A DNA stretch of 64,000 bases, from contig OY970166.1 in NCBI GenBank assembly GCA_963706595.1, positions 4,832,001 to 4,896,000 of the forward strand, in the 5' to 3' direction. Within the stretch, counting starts at the first letter, position 1, and every line of letters begins with the position of its first letter. The position numbers were made by a program, and so were the translations under genes. This document shows positions 44,147-54,397 of the stretch, piece after piece. Below the pieces are notes generated by a model. It was given only the letters and a program-made list of their open reading frames with translations, did no database searches and was not told where the DNA came from. This DNA is from an uncultured cyanobacterium. Its GTDB lineage: Bacteria > Cyanobacteriota > Cyanobacteriia > Cyanobacteriales > Nostocaceae.

Positions 44147-44401
44147 TTAGGAGTTTTGTGTATTCCAGCAACGTTCTAGCCAATCTATTAGTTCGTGACG
44201 AGAGGCGAGAAATTGCATGAGGGTACTGCGGATGAGGATGGCTTCGAGGAGGTTACTGACTTTGACTCGTAAGGAACCATCGCTGTGACAGCAGCAGGGG
44301 ATCATTAATTCTTGCAAACGCTGGGAAATTCGCCAGCGATCGCACAAGGGAATCTGCAAAACCTGATAGCCAAGGGGGTCGGAACTATTTGGTGGGAACA
44401 T
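44147..44401 (-). CDS. Asr1405/Asl0597-family small protein
   Basis: DRWRISQRLQELMIPC..LIDWLERCW; position between nifP and nifV. Confidence 0.8.
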   Translation of the reverse strand: MFPPNSSDPLGYQVLQIPLCDRWRISQRLQELMIPCCCHSDGSLRVKVSNLLEAILIRSTLMQFLASRHELIDWLERCWNTQNS

Positions 44402-44403
44402 GA

Positions 44404-45171
44404 TTAATGATTTTTTGTCAACAGTTCTTTGTCCTGGGGTTGAATATTCAGGGTTTGTAATTGTTGTTCTAGTTTCTCGATGCGGGAGAGTAAAGAACTA
44501 ATTACAGTCGCTTGTTCATCCGGAAGTTTTCCATGTTCTAGGGGATGAACGTTAGCGTTTGGTTTGGGGGAGATAATTCTACCAGGAATCCCGACAACGG
44601 TTGCATCTGGGGGAACATCACGCAACACAATTGAACCCGCACCAATGCGGACGCGATCGCTAATTTGAATATTTCCCAAAACTTTTGCACCCGCACCCAC
44701 CACAACGTTATTACCCACCGTAGGATGACGCTTACCACTTTCTTTACCAGTACCGCCCAGAGTCACACCCTGATAAATTAGCGTATAATTTCCCACAATG
44801 GCAGTTTCACCAATCACCACACCCATACCGTGGTCGATAAACACACCTTTACCAATCTCTGCACCTGGGTGAATTTCAATTCCTGTCAAAAATCGCGCCA
44901 GATGAGAAATCAGACGGGGGATGAAACCCACACCCCGACAGTGTAACCAGTGGGCGAGACGATGCAAACAGAGAGCGTGTAACCCTGGGTAGCAAAACAC
45001 CACCTCTAGCCAATTCCGTGCTGCTGGGTCGCGTTCAAAGATGATTTTAAAATCACTCAATAGTGGTTCTAAAAAAGCACCAGAGAACAGATTTTTCAGC
45101 AAGGATGTATTTGGAGAACGTGGTTTGATTGCAGCCTGACGGTTTTTGATACTGTTTAATGACTGTTGCAT
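44404..45171 (-). CDS. nifP: nif-associated serine O-acetyltransferase (CysE)
   Basis: RDPAARNW, TGIEIHPGA, FIDHGMGVVIGET, KRHPT. Confidence 0.9.
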   Translation of the reverse strand: MQQSLNSIKNRQAAIKPRSPNTSLLKNLFSGAFLEPLLSDFKIIFERDPAARNWLEVVFCYPGLHALCLHRLAHWLHCRGVGFIPRLISHLARFLTGIEIHPGAEIGKGVFIDHGMGVVIGETAIVGNYTLIYQGVTLGGTGKESGKRHPTVGNNVVVGAGAKVLGNIQISDRVRIGAGSIVLRDVPPDATVVGIPGRIISPKPNANVHPLEHGKLPDEQATVISSLLSRIEKLEQQLQTLNIQPQDKELLTKNH

Positions 45172-45256
45172 CGGTAGTGTTTGGTTCAAAGAGCCATGTG
45201 CTATTTTTATGCTTATATCAGGTGACTCCCAACTGGACAGTACATTAAACGCCGAT

Positions 45257-45534
45257 TGGATTTATTGGATTAATTACACTTGTACTCAAGCATCTCAAAC
45301 CCTGACTTAAGATAAACTTAAAATTTCCCTTGGGGTAGGGGTGCTAGTATTTAATAATGGGGGTACTGGTGTTTTTAGGGTAGGGGTGGCAGAATTTTTG
45401 TACTCACCACAAAAAACTTTACCTGTAAGAGTTTGCAGCGAATTAGGCAAGTCATTTGGCAATATATTAAGTTGTACTCACTTGCTCGCAAAGATGAGGT
45501 AGACAGGATCACAAATGATATATCTGTATACTCA
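45257..45534 (-). promoter_or_regulatory. nifP upstream region with repeated TGAGTAC/TGAGTAT boxes (CnfR-type)
   Basis: Boxes at 45281, 45399, 45473, 45527 (minus); shares long blocks with the nifB upstream region. Confidence 0.7.
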
Positions 45535-46034
45535 GCTACGATCTTATTCTATTATTTAGTTAGGGAAAAAACAGGTTTCTTTATTTTATTTTATGTTTTG
45601 TTGTCTGTGTGTATATATACGTTTCATAATATAGATAATAGCTTTTCTAAACACATATCTTACCCCAATTACTTTCAAGAACACCATAAAATAAATAATT
45701 AAAGGTTTGTAGTGAGGACTTTAGTCCTCTCTTTGAGGGTGTTTAAAAAGTATTATTGCTAACAACTAAGTCTCGGAAACCTAACCCCCCTAGCCCCCCT
45801 TCCCTACGAGGGAATGGGGGTTTAAAAGCCTCTCTCCCTGTGGTGGAGAGGAATGGAAGCGGGGTTTCTAGTATACTTTGCAACTTTTAAAACATCCTCT
45901 TAAAGATGCTTACTACGAACTCAATTACCGGAATTCCAGATTGTTTAACTTAATTTGAGTTATCTCCGCGAATTTACTTAAGGCGATTAAGTATTAACTG
46001 TGCTAAGACTGGATGGTGTGCATCTCCAGATTCC

Positions 46035-46886
46035 ATGAAAAAGCAAAAAAATACATTCAGCCATCTCACCGCCATAGAAAGAACTTACTTATCATTTCCA
46101 GCACAGTTTTTATTAAATCAAAACCTGCTTCAAGGTAAAATACTAGATTTTGGTTGTGGCTTTGGTAATGATGTAAAAATCCTCAGCCAAAAAGGGTTGG
46201 ATATTACAGGTTATGACCCGCATTATTTTAACCAATATCCTGAAGGTAAATTCGATACTATAATTTGCTTTTATGTATTAAACGTATTATTCCCTGAAGA
46301 ACAAGCTAATATCCTCATGGAAGTATCCCATTTATTAAAACCAGGAGGTAAAGCTTATTATGCTGTGAGGAGGGATATCAAGAGAGAAGGATTTAGAGAA
46401 CATTATATCCACAAAAAACCTACATATCAATGTCTAGCCAAACTTCCCTTTCATTCATTATACGCAGATGAGATGCGAGAAGTATATGAATACATTCATT
46501 ATAATCAACAGCGAAATTCAACTAATTATTGTATATTTTGTAATCCTCATAAACATCTGAGATTATTAACAGAATCGGCAACTGCTTATGCTATGTTAGA
46601 TGGCTACCCTATAAGTAAAGGACATACTTTAGTTATTCCTAAACGTCATATTAGCAATTATTTTGATTTACCATTTAAAGAACAGTCTGCTTGCTGGTTT
46701 ATGGTGAATAAAGTCCAAGAAATGCTCAAAGCAGAATTTGCCCCAGATGGTTTTAATGTAGGTATGAACATTAATCGAGAAGGTGGGCAGAATATTATGC
46801 ACACCAGTATTCATGTTATCCCTCGTTACAAAGGCGATGCTATTGGTAAAAGTGGTATTAGAAAAGTTATTCCTAAAAGTAAATAG
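46035..46886 (+). CDS. Class I SAM methyltransferase - HIT domain fusion
   Basis: LDFGCGFG, YDP, YVLNV; CIFC, YPISKGHTLVIPKRH, HTSIHVIPRY. Confidence 0.85.
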   Translation: MKKQKNTFSHLTAIERTYLSFPAQFLLNQNLLQGKILDFGCGFGNDVKILSQKGLDITGYDPHYFNQYPEGKFDTIICFYVLNVLFPEEQANILMEVSHLLKPGGKAYYAVRRDIKREGFREHYIHKKPTYQCLAKLPFHSLYADEMREVYEYIHYNQQRNSTNYCIFCNPHKHLRLLTESATAYAMLDGYPISKGHTLVIPKRHISNYFDLPFKEQSACWFMVNKVQEMLKAEFAPDGFNVGMNINREGGQNIMHTSIHVIPRYKGDAIGKSGIRKVIPKSK

Positions 46887-46957
46887 TTATATAGCAATTT
46901 TCAAGAAGTTACGAACCCAAAGATCCCCGACTTCTTGAAGAAGTCGGGGATCTAAAT

Positions 46958-47176
46958 TCATGCTACTTGTGATGACTCTTCTAGACTGTGCGGTTCTGGT
47001 AGAGATTCACCATTTTCCAAAGCTGTATCAATGAACATTTCTAAAACTTCTTGAGCATTTTTGCAAGCTTCTTCATAGGTATCTCCGTGAGTGTGACAAA
47101 ACTCTCCCCATTCAGGAAGACTGACTACAAAACATTCATCTTCCTCAGACCATTGAATAATAATTGTATATTTCAT
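46958..47176 (-). CDS. HicB-family antitoxin-like protein (no hicA adjacent)
   Basis: YTIIIQWSEEDECFVVSLPEW..THGDTYEEACKNAQEVL..LPEP; ATGA-coupled to NACHT gene. Confidence 0.85.
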   Translation of the reverse strand: MKYTIIIQWSEEDECFVVSLPEWGEFCHTHGDTYEEACKNAQEVLEMFIDTALENGESLPEPHSLEESSQVA

Positions 47177-50100
47177 TCTTTTTCTTCTCCCCTCCGCTTT
47201 AAAATCTTCTGAGCATACTTCCGCACTTCCTCCTGAGCATACTTCCGCACTTCCTCATCTGGGTCATTTTCTGCTCTATCGCACAACAGTGAAGAAGTCT
47301 GGGGATGCTGAGGATATTGCTTGATAATTATCTCCAGTGCAATGCGCCGAGGGTTTTCGTTCAACATACCCAACATAACCAACATACCTCCACTCTCACA
47401 GGGGTCATTGACAGCACAATTGTAATAGATATCAAATAACTCAGGCTGTTCTCTAAAATATTTGCCTAATGCTTGGATGGCTGCACGTCGCACATATTCA
47501 CTATCATCAGACGCGCGTTGTTGGAGGATGGTTTTGGTTTGGGGGTCATCTTTGTAATTGCTGGCTAATGCTTCGATGGCTCTACGTCGCACATCCGAAT
47601 TATCATCATCAGACGCGCGTTGTTGGAGGATGGTTTTGGTTTGGGGGTCATCTTTGTAATTGCTGGCTAATGCTTCGATGGCTCTACGTCGCACATCCGA
47701 ATTATCATCATCAGTGGCGCGTTGTTGGAGGATGGTTTTGGTTTGGGGGTCATCTTTGTAATTGCTGGCTAATGCTTCGATGGCTCTACGTCGCACATAT
47801 TCACTATCATCATCAGTGGCGCGTTGTTGGAGGATGGTTTTGGTTTGGGGGTCATCTTTGTAATTGCTGGCTAATGCTTCGATGGCTGCACCTCGCACAT
47901 TCCACTTATCATCATCAGTGGCGCGTTGTTGGAGGATGGTTTTGGTTTGGGGGTCATCTTTGTAATTGCTGGCTAATGCTTCGATGGCTGCACCTCGCAC
48001 ATCCGAACGTTCATCATCAGAGGCGCGTTGTTGGAGGATGGTTTTGGTTTGGGGGTCATCTTTGTAATTGCTGGCTAATGCTTCGATGGCTGCACCTCGC
48101 ACATTCCACTTATCATCATCAGTGGCGCGTTGTTGGAGGATGGTTTTGGTTTGGGGGTCATCTTTGTAATTGCTGGCTAATGCTTCGATGGCTGCACCTC
48201 GCACATCCGAACGTTCATCATCAGAGGCGCGTTGTTGGAGGATGGTTTTGGTTTGGGGGTCATTTTTGTAATTGCTGGCTAATGCTTCGATGGCTGCACC
48301 TCGCACATCCGAATTATCATCATCAGTGGCGCGTTGTTGGAGGATGGTTTTGGTTTGGGGGTCATCTTTGTAATTGCTGGCTAATGCTTCGATGGCTCCA
48401 CGTCGCACATCATTATCATCATCATCAGTGGCGCGTTGTTGGAGGATGGTTTTGGTTTGGGGGTCATCTTTGTAATTGCTGGCTAATGCTTCGATGGCTC
48501 CACGTCGCACAAACTCACTATTATCATCATCAGTGGCGCGTTGTTGGAGGATGGTTTTGGTTTGGGGGTCATCTTTGTAATTGCTGGCTAATGCTTCGAT
48601 GGCTCCACGTCGCACATTCCACTTATCATCATCAGTGGCGCGTTGTTGGAGGATGGTTTTGGTTTGGGGGTCATCTTTGTAATTGCTGGCTAATGCTTCG
48701 ATGGCTGCACCTCGCACAAACTCACTATTATCATCAGTGGCGCGTTGTTGGAGGATGGTTTTGGTTTGGGGGTCATCTTTGTAATTGCTGGCTAATGCTT
48801 CGATGGCTGCACGTCGCACATCCCACTTATCATCATCAGTGGCGCGTTGTTGGAGGAAGGTTTTGGTTTGGGGGTCATCTTTGTAATTGCTGGCTAATGC
48901 TTCGATGGCTGCACGTCGCACATCCCACTTATCATCATCAGTGGCGCGTTGTTGGAGGAAGGTTTTGGTTTGGGGGTCATCTTTGTAATTGCTGGCTAAT
49001 GCTTCGATGGCTCTACGTCGCACATCTTCACTATCATCATCAGTGGCGCGTTGTTGGAGGAAGGTTTTGGTTTGGGGGTCATCGTCCCAAGTCGTTGCAA
49101 TTGCTACAAATGCTTGAGTGCGAATTTCTTGAACTAGCTTAGTTTCAGTTTCCTTTCCAGAACGAATAATAAAACCAATAAATGAGTTGGAATCATTGTA
49201 ATAATACCAAAGGTCATATTTAGTTAACTCTTTTAGCCGATTAAATAATTTATTAGCTGTATCCGCAATTACAGAACGATTTCTCACTTCTGTAAGACAT
49301 TTAGCTGCCAAAAAGAGGTTGATAAATTTTTCTTGTTCACCATCTTGCTTTCTTAAATAATCAAGAATTTCGCCAACAAATTCTGCCTCAATCATTCCCG
49401 CAATTAACAGCAATACTTCATGCCAAGATTCATCTTGCCAGTGCTTGCCAAAAACATCGTCTTTTAATGCTTCTATGCTAATACCATTTGTAGTTCCTCT
49501 CTTTTCAAACCGCTTCACAAATTCGGAAGCACAGAAAAATTCCAAAAATGTCCGATGCACAAAGGCATAATAATCTGCACCTAAAAAACATAAAATAAAA
49601 TTGCGATCGCGCAGTTGTTTCATCAACCGCCTGGCTTTATCTCTAACATCATGTACTGGGATGCTTTGCAGATATTCAGTGAAGATTGCTTCTAAATCAT
49701 CTGCATATATAATATTGCCAGCTAAACCTTTTTCACTGGTTTGCATTTGATAAGCAACTTGACGCAGCATTGCCTGTTTATCTTTATAATCGATACTGTC
49801 CAGACGTTCATCTGGTTTTAAATTACGTCCTTCATCCCAATTATGCAGCAGCACCTCTGAAGCATCTTTATAAAGTTCACTTCTATCTCTAGGTAATTCT
49901 CGTTTGAGATTGAGAATTGCCATCATGGTTAACAGCAGAGGATTACGTGCTAGTTCACCGATAGCTTTTGATTCATTAATTACTCTTTGTAGACGTTCGC
50001 GTTTGATATTTTTATCAAGGTCTTCGGCTTTATTAAAAGTTTTATCATGCCAGCGTTTGATAAAGTCTTTAATTTGTTCTGGTTCTAAATCCTGCAACAT

Positions 50101-51390
50101 GAAGTGGCGAAATTCTGCATCTTTTAACTGTTGTTGCTTATAGCCGATAATCCTAGAAGTAACGATTACCTGCACATCTGGATATTCATTAGTGAAGCGA
50201 TGAATACAGGTAATTACTTCTTCCCGTTTCGTAGGTTCAAATATTTCATCCAAACCATCAAACATCACTAAAGCGTTACCAGCCTTTAGCTGCTCATGCA
50301 ATTTATGCTGATTGAGATGAAAGCAGCAATTCGGTCCTTTATGGTAATATTCTAGAAAATCTTTACAATCTCCGGTATCGCGATCGCGTACATAATTGCG
50401 TAATTCAATTAGCAAAGGAATTGGCAGATTATAATCATTATGTTCGAGAGTTTTTTGTACCCAATCTAATGCTAAGTATTGCAATAATGTAGACTTGCCA
50501 GAACCAGGATCACCTAAAATAACTAGATAATTCCTGCGTTGTTTGTCTCTAATAATATCTAATACTGAACGAATTTGTTGTTCCAAATAATTCCGTTTAT
50601 AGCCTTCTAAACCTTCTTTTATGTTTTCTAGTTCAAGTTCCGCATCTAATTGGTTACTCTCTTGTAGCCTACGGAGATATTCTTTAGGCAGTTCTGGTAA
50701 AACCTGATAAACTTGACGCACATTTTGGGGAATGAAAATTTGCCATAAATTTACTGGATGTTCGCGTGCTGTAGTCTCTAAACTATCTAACTTTAAATTG
50801 CCGTAACGTTCACGAATAGTTTCTAAATATTTGGGCAAATCAAAATCTGTAGGAATACCAGCGATTTCTTGCAGACTGTCTTTAGCTGCTTCCAAATGTT
50901 GGGAATCTAAAACAGGGCGTAGCTTATCTGATTCTCGAATAATTGCTTTAACTTTTCTCAAATACGGCTTACTCAGTTTTTCCCATTTAAAATTATTTGG
51001 TAGAATAGGCAAATTCATTTGATTCCAAGTATTGGCTAATACTTGGAATTCTAAATTTTGGCAGTCTGGACGAAAAGGAGCGCCTAAAATCTCTTTGATA
51101 TCTGGATTATCAATAAATTGTTTGAAAGGGTGAATATATTTTTTAATTTCGGCTTCTTCTAAATCTGCATCTTCTAATTCATGTTGCATCAGTGCGAGAA
51201 ATTCTTTCAAGGCTTTACCAGCAGCAATTTCAATATCTTCTTTTTTGAGTTTATCTAAAAAGCGCTGAGGAATGCTTTTTAAGTAGTCTTTAGCCCAGTC
51301 CTTAGCGATATCTTTAGCTAAGTCCTCAAAAATCGGTTTAAAAATAAAGCCGACAGCCTGAGTAACACCCCAAATAGCTAACCAATCCAT
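47173..51390 (-). CDS. NACHT (NLR-like) NTPase with HEAT-like repeat array
   Basis: GDPGSGKST, FDGLDE, NPLLLTM, FVHRTFLEFF, W..ESWHEV; 16 near-identical repeats. Confidence 0.92.
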   Translation of the reverse strand: MDWLAIWGVTQAVGFIFKPIFEDLAKDIAKDWAKDYLKSIPQRFLDKLKKEDIEIAAGKALKEFLALMQHELEDADLEEAEIKKYIHPFKQFIDNPDIKEILGAPFRPDCQNLEFQVLANTWNQMNLPILPNNFKWEKLSKPYLRKVKAIIRESDKLRPVLDSQHLEAAKDSLQEIAGIPTDFDLPKYLETIRERYGNLKLDSLETTAREHPVNLWQIFIPQNVRQVYQVLPELPKEYLRRLQESNQLDAELELENIKEGLEGYKRNYLEQQIRSVLDIIRDKQRRNYLVILGDPGSGKSTLLQYLALDWVQKTLEHNDYNLPIPLLIELRNYVRDRDTGDCKDFLEYYHKGPNCCFHLNQHKLHEQLKAGNALVMFDGLDEIFEPTKREEVITCIHRFTNEYPDVQVIVTSRIIGYKQQQLKDAEFRHFMLQDLEPEQIKDFIKRWHDKTFNKAEDLDKNIKRERLQRVINESKAIGELARNPLLLTMMAILNLKRELPRDRSELYKDASEVLLHNWDEGRNLKPDERLDSIDYKDKQAMLRQVAYQMQTSEKGLAGNIIYADDLEAIFTEYLQSIPVHDVRDKARRLMKQLRDRNFILCFLGADYYAFVHRTFLEFFCASEFVKRFEKRGTTNGISIEALKDDVFGKHWQDESWHEVLLLIAGMIEAEFVGEILDYLRKQDGEQEKFINLFLAAKCLTEVRNRSVIADTANKLFNRLKELTKYDLWYYYNDSNSFIGFIIRSGKETETKLVQEIRTQAFVAIATTWDDDPQTKTFLQQRATDDDSEDVRRRAIEALASNYKDDPQTKTFLQQRATDDDKWDVRRAAIEALASNYKDDPQTKTFLQQRATDDDKWDVRRAAIEALASNYKDDPQTKTILQQRATDDNSEFVRGAAIEALASNYKDDPQTKTILQQRATDDDKWNVRRGAIEALASNYKDDPQTKTILQQRATDDDNSEFVRRGAIEALASNYKDDPQTKTILQQRATDDDDNDVRRGAIEALASNYKDDPQTKTILQQRATDDDNSDVRGAAIEALASNYKNDPQTKTILQQRASDDERSDVRGAAIEALASNYKDDPQTKTILQQRATDDDKWNVRGAAIEALASNYKDDPQTKTILQQRASDDERSDVRGAAIEALASNYKDDPQTKTILQQRATDDDKWNVRGAAIEALASNYKDDPQTKTILQQRATDDDSEYVRRRAIEALASNYKDDPQTKTILQQRATDDDNSDVRRRAIEALASNYKDDPQTKTILQQRASDDDNSDVRRRAIEALASNYKDDPQTKTILQQRASDDSEYVRRAAIQALGKYFREQPELFDIYYNCAVNDPCESGGMLVMLGMLNENPRRIALEIIIKQYPQHPQTSSLLCDRAENDPDEEVRKYAQEEVRKYAQKILKRRGEEKE
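47455..49083 (-). repeat. 16 x ~102-bp (33-35 aa) coding tandem repeats
   Basis: Unit DDPQTKT(F/I)LQQRA(T/S)DD-xxxx-VR-xx-AIEALASNYK, near identical at DNA level. Confidence 0.95.
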
Positions 51391-51978
51391 AATACTTGTA
51401 TTTGTTGCGATTTTAACTACGATTATATACGTAGATTACCTGATATTCCTGTTTTTCAGGATAATTACAGAAATATCTGGTATTATTTGCACTTAGCCTT
51501 AAGTCTGGGGTAATCAGATCAACAGTACAAATAGAAGCTGCGATTACCACAATCATTGAACCCCTCCCCCAACCCCTCCCCGCAAGCGAGGAGGGGAGAC
51601 ATAGCAGAGGTTTGGCGGGTTTAGTCAGTATTCAACCGGAATTGATATTAAACCTGGGATTCACTCTCGTTCAGCGTTGGTCACATCAAGCTAAATCTAT
51701 AGTATGCGATCGCCTCTGCAAATACATCTATACTTTCATGATATACAACGTATTTTTACTTAAGCCACCGGATTAAAATCAACTTATTCTGACATTTTAT
51801 TTAAATCACCACACTTTTAAATACACAATGTTACAATTAAGACTAGATTTATTACAAAATCTCAACCGAGTCATTACCAATAAGCTACAATTTATTTTTA
51901 TTTATAAATAAGCTCACTTGATCATAAATAAAAGTATCTCGCGCAGTCATAGCCTTAAATAAAAACAGGAGTGATATT

Positions 51979-53403
51979 GTGTTTAACTCAGGGCAAATAT
52001 TACAAGAAAGATATCAACTGCAAAAACAGTTAGGTCATACGATGGCTGGTCGTCAAACTTGGCTAGCAGAAGATTTAAATAATGCAAATCATGAGTTAGT
52101 AATTCTCAAACTTCTGGTTTTTAGTAATGACTTTCAATGGGAAGACTTGAAATTATTTGAGCGAGAAGCCCAAGTTTTACAAAATCTCACTCACGAGAGA
52201 ATACCCCGCTACCGTGATTACTTTTTAGTTGAGCAGCAGCCAGGATATGCTCTTAGTTGGTGGTGCTTAGTACAAGATTATATTCCTGGTTCCACTTTAC
52301 AAGATTTGTTAGCAGAAGGTAAAAAATTTACTGAGCCAGAACTCAAAAAAATTGCTAAAGAAATTTTGCAGATTTTAATTTATCTCCACCAATTAAATCC
52401 AGCCGTTCTCCATCGGGATATTAAACCCAGTAACTTAATTCAAGGTGAAGATAAACAGATATATCTCGTGGATTTTGGGGCGGTACAAGACAGAATGGCT
52501 GTCACACGCTTAACTTTTACTGTGGTGGGTACTGTTGGCTATACTCCAATGGAACAGTTTTGGGGACGTGCTGTACCAGCTTCTGATTTATATGGTTTGG
52601 GAGCTACTTTAATTCATTTACTCACAGGTGTAGCTCCTGCTGATTTACCTCAGAATAATTTGCGAATTCAATTTGCAGATTATACCAATATCAGTGCTAA
52701 TTTTGTTGAGTGGATTGAAAAACTAATTGAACCAGCTTTAGAAAAAAGATTTGCTACCGCCAAGGAAGCTCTTGAGTTACTTTTTCAGAAAGTCCAATCT
52801 AATTCTAGTCAAACTTTTCCCACAAAAAAAAGTCCACCTATACACTTAATTAGACCTTTTCTTGTGGTAAATAAAAAGTCTCCAGAAGAATTAGAAATTT
52901 ATAGATATAAAGAACCAATAGCATATAAAAAAATGCTGATTTGTTTTCAAATATTTTTGTTTATAACTGGGGGAATTGAATTGCTGGCGATTATTGGTTT
53001 CACTATGTTAATCTGGGTAATACTTAGATCGAAGATACTAGATGATTCAACCAACAAAGAAATTGATGTATTAATCAAGAAAATTTTCAGTAAAGATGTT
53101 AATGCCATTAAAAAAGATAATTATGGTGGTTATATCCGTTTTGATGCTAAAGAGAAACGTTTTATATTTCAGAACTCCTGGTTTGGCAAATTTGAGTCAA
53201 GTTCTGACTTGATTACAAATATTCGCTCTATTTATGTATGTCAACGAAATGAAAGTTCTTCTAATCAATTTTCAACAGGAGCTAACAACTGGCAAGTAGT
53301 TATTAGCACATATCGTCATCGTATTCGTTTAAATTGGCGCTTGAATGAGGAAGAATGTGGTTGGTTAGTTCATGAAATTCAGACTTGGCTCAATCAATCT
53401 TGA
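51979..53403 (+). CDS. Ser/Thr protein kinase with TM segment
   Basis: HRDIKPSN, VDFG, GTVGYTPMEQ. Confidence 0.9.
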   Translation: MFNSGQILQERYQLQKQLGHTMAGRQTWLAEDLNNANHELVILKLLVFSNDFQWEDLKLFEREAQVLQNLTHERIPRYRDYFLVEQQPGYALSWWCLVQDYIPGSTLQDLLAEGKKFTEPELKKIAKEILQILIYLHQLNPAVLHRDIKPSNLIQGEDKQIYLVDFGAVQDRMAVTRLTFTVVGTVGYTPMEQFWGRAVPASDLYGLGATLIHLLTGVAPADLPQNNLRIQFADYTNISANFVEWIEKLIEPALEKRFATAKEALELLFQKVQSNSSQTFPTKKSPPIHLIRPFLVVNKKSPEELEIYRYKEPIAYKKMLICFQIFLFITGGIELLAIIGFTMLIWVILRSKILDDSTNKEIDVLIKKIFSKDVNAIKKDNYGGYIRFDAKEKRFIFQNSWFGKFESSSDLITNIRSIYVCQRNESSSNQFSTGANNWQVVISTYRHRIRLNWRLNEEECGWLVHEIQTWLNQS

Positions 53404-54341
53404 AGCATGACTATGGCAATTTTCCCCACAGTCCGCTCACTTTCACTATAACTATGAGCCGCAGCTAGTTCAGCTAACGGAAAACTGCGGTCAATTACGG
53501 TTCGCACTTTACCAGCCTCAATCAATTCTTTGAGATAAACCAAGTCTTCAGTGTTAGGCCTTTCAATTACGAACTTAGCTTTTTGTCCGGGAAAGAAGGC
53601 TGTTAACAGACTCTGTATTAAGACTTCGGGAGTGGGTAGCGTCGAAATATAAATTCCTTCGGGTTTGAGGACTCGTTTGCATTTAGAGAGCGATCGCTTG
53701 CCCACCGCATCAAAGATAATATCGTACTGTACCCTATCTGCCGTAAAATCTTCTTGAGTATAATCAATTACCCTATCTGCTCCCAAAGATTTCACAAACT
53801 CCAAATTTCTGGTACTACAAACACCAGTAACTTCTGTCCCTAAAGCCTTAGCAATCTGCACTGCAAACATACCTACCCCACCCGATGCGCCATTAATTAG
53901 CACCGTTTGACTCGATTTGATATTTCCTTGGTCGCGCAGTGCTTGGAGAGCCGTCAGCGCTGCTAAAGGCACAGTAGCCGCTTCCTCAAAAGTTAAATTC
54001 GTCGGCTTGGGAGCAATTAAATTTTCTGGTACGGCGGCAAATTCCGCATAAGCGCCGCCAGGAAAGTTAGCACAACCATAAACAGTATCTCCTGGCTGAA
54101 AACTTCTCACCTGGGAACCAACAGCGACCACTTCCCCAGCCAAATCAAACCCTAAAATCAGGGGAAAGTTATTACCTGAGAGCAAACTCAGCATACCCTG
54201 GCGGGTTTTCCAGTCAATAGGATTAACGCTGCTTGCATGAACCTTGACAAGCAACTGATTCGGCTGAATTTGGGGCTGTGCTACGTCTTCGGACTGCAAC
54301 ACCTCAGCCGACCCATATCGACGGATAACTACCGCTTTCAT
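53394..54341 (-). CDS. MDR-family NAD(P)-dependent oxidoreductase (quinone reductase-like)
   Basis: VNPIDWK, GASGGVG, GADRVIDY, GKIAI. Confidence 0.9.
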   Translation of the reverse strand: MKAVVIRRYGSAEVLQSEDVAQPQIQPNQLLVKVHASSVNPIDWKTRQGMLSLLSGNNFPLILGFDLAGEVVAVGSQVRSFQPGDTVYGCANFPGGAYAEFAAVPENLIAPKPTNLTFEEAATVPLAALTALQALRDQGNIKSSQTVLINGASGGVGMFAVQIAKALGTEVTGVCSTRNLEFVKSLGADRVIDYTQEDFTADRVQYDIIFDAVGKRSLSKCKRVLKPEGIYISTLPTPEVLIQSLLTAFFPGQKAKFVIERPNTEDLVYLKELIEAGKVRTVIDRSFPLAELAAAHSYSESERTVGKIAIVMLQD

Positions 54342-54397
54342 GCTTTTCTCCTGCTACCCTGTGTGACCATATACGCTATGTTACAACCAACCAACAG

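Noticed and set aside
47455..49083. Possible CRISPR array or DGR target
   Set aside because: Repeats are in-frame coding units with only a few variable codons, no unique spacers or cas genes; no reverse transcriptase/template repeat and variation is not adenine-restricted
47469..49142. 557-aa plus-strand ORF rich in W/H/C
   Set aside because: Antisense shadow of the 102-bp repeat array; open only because the unit has no stop in that frame
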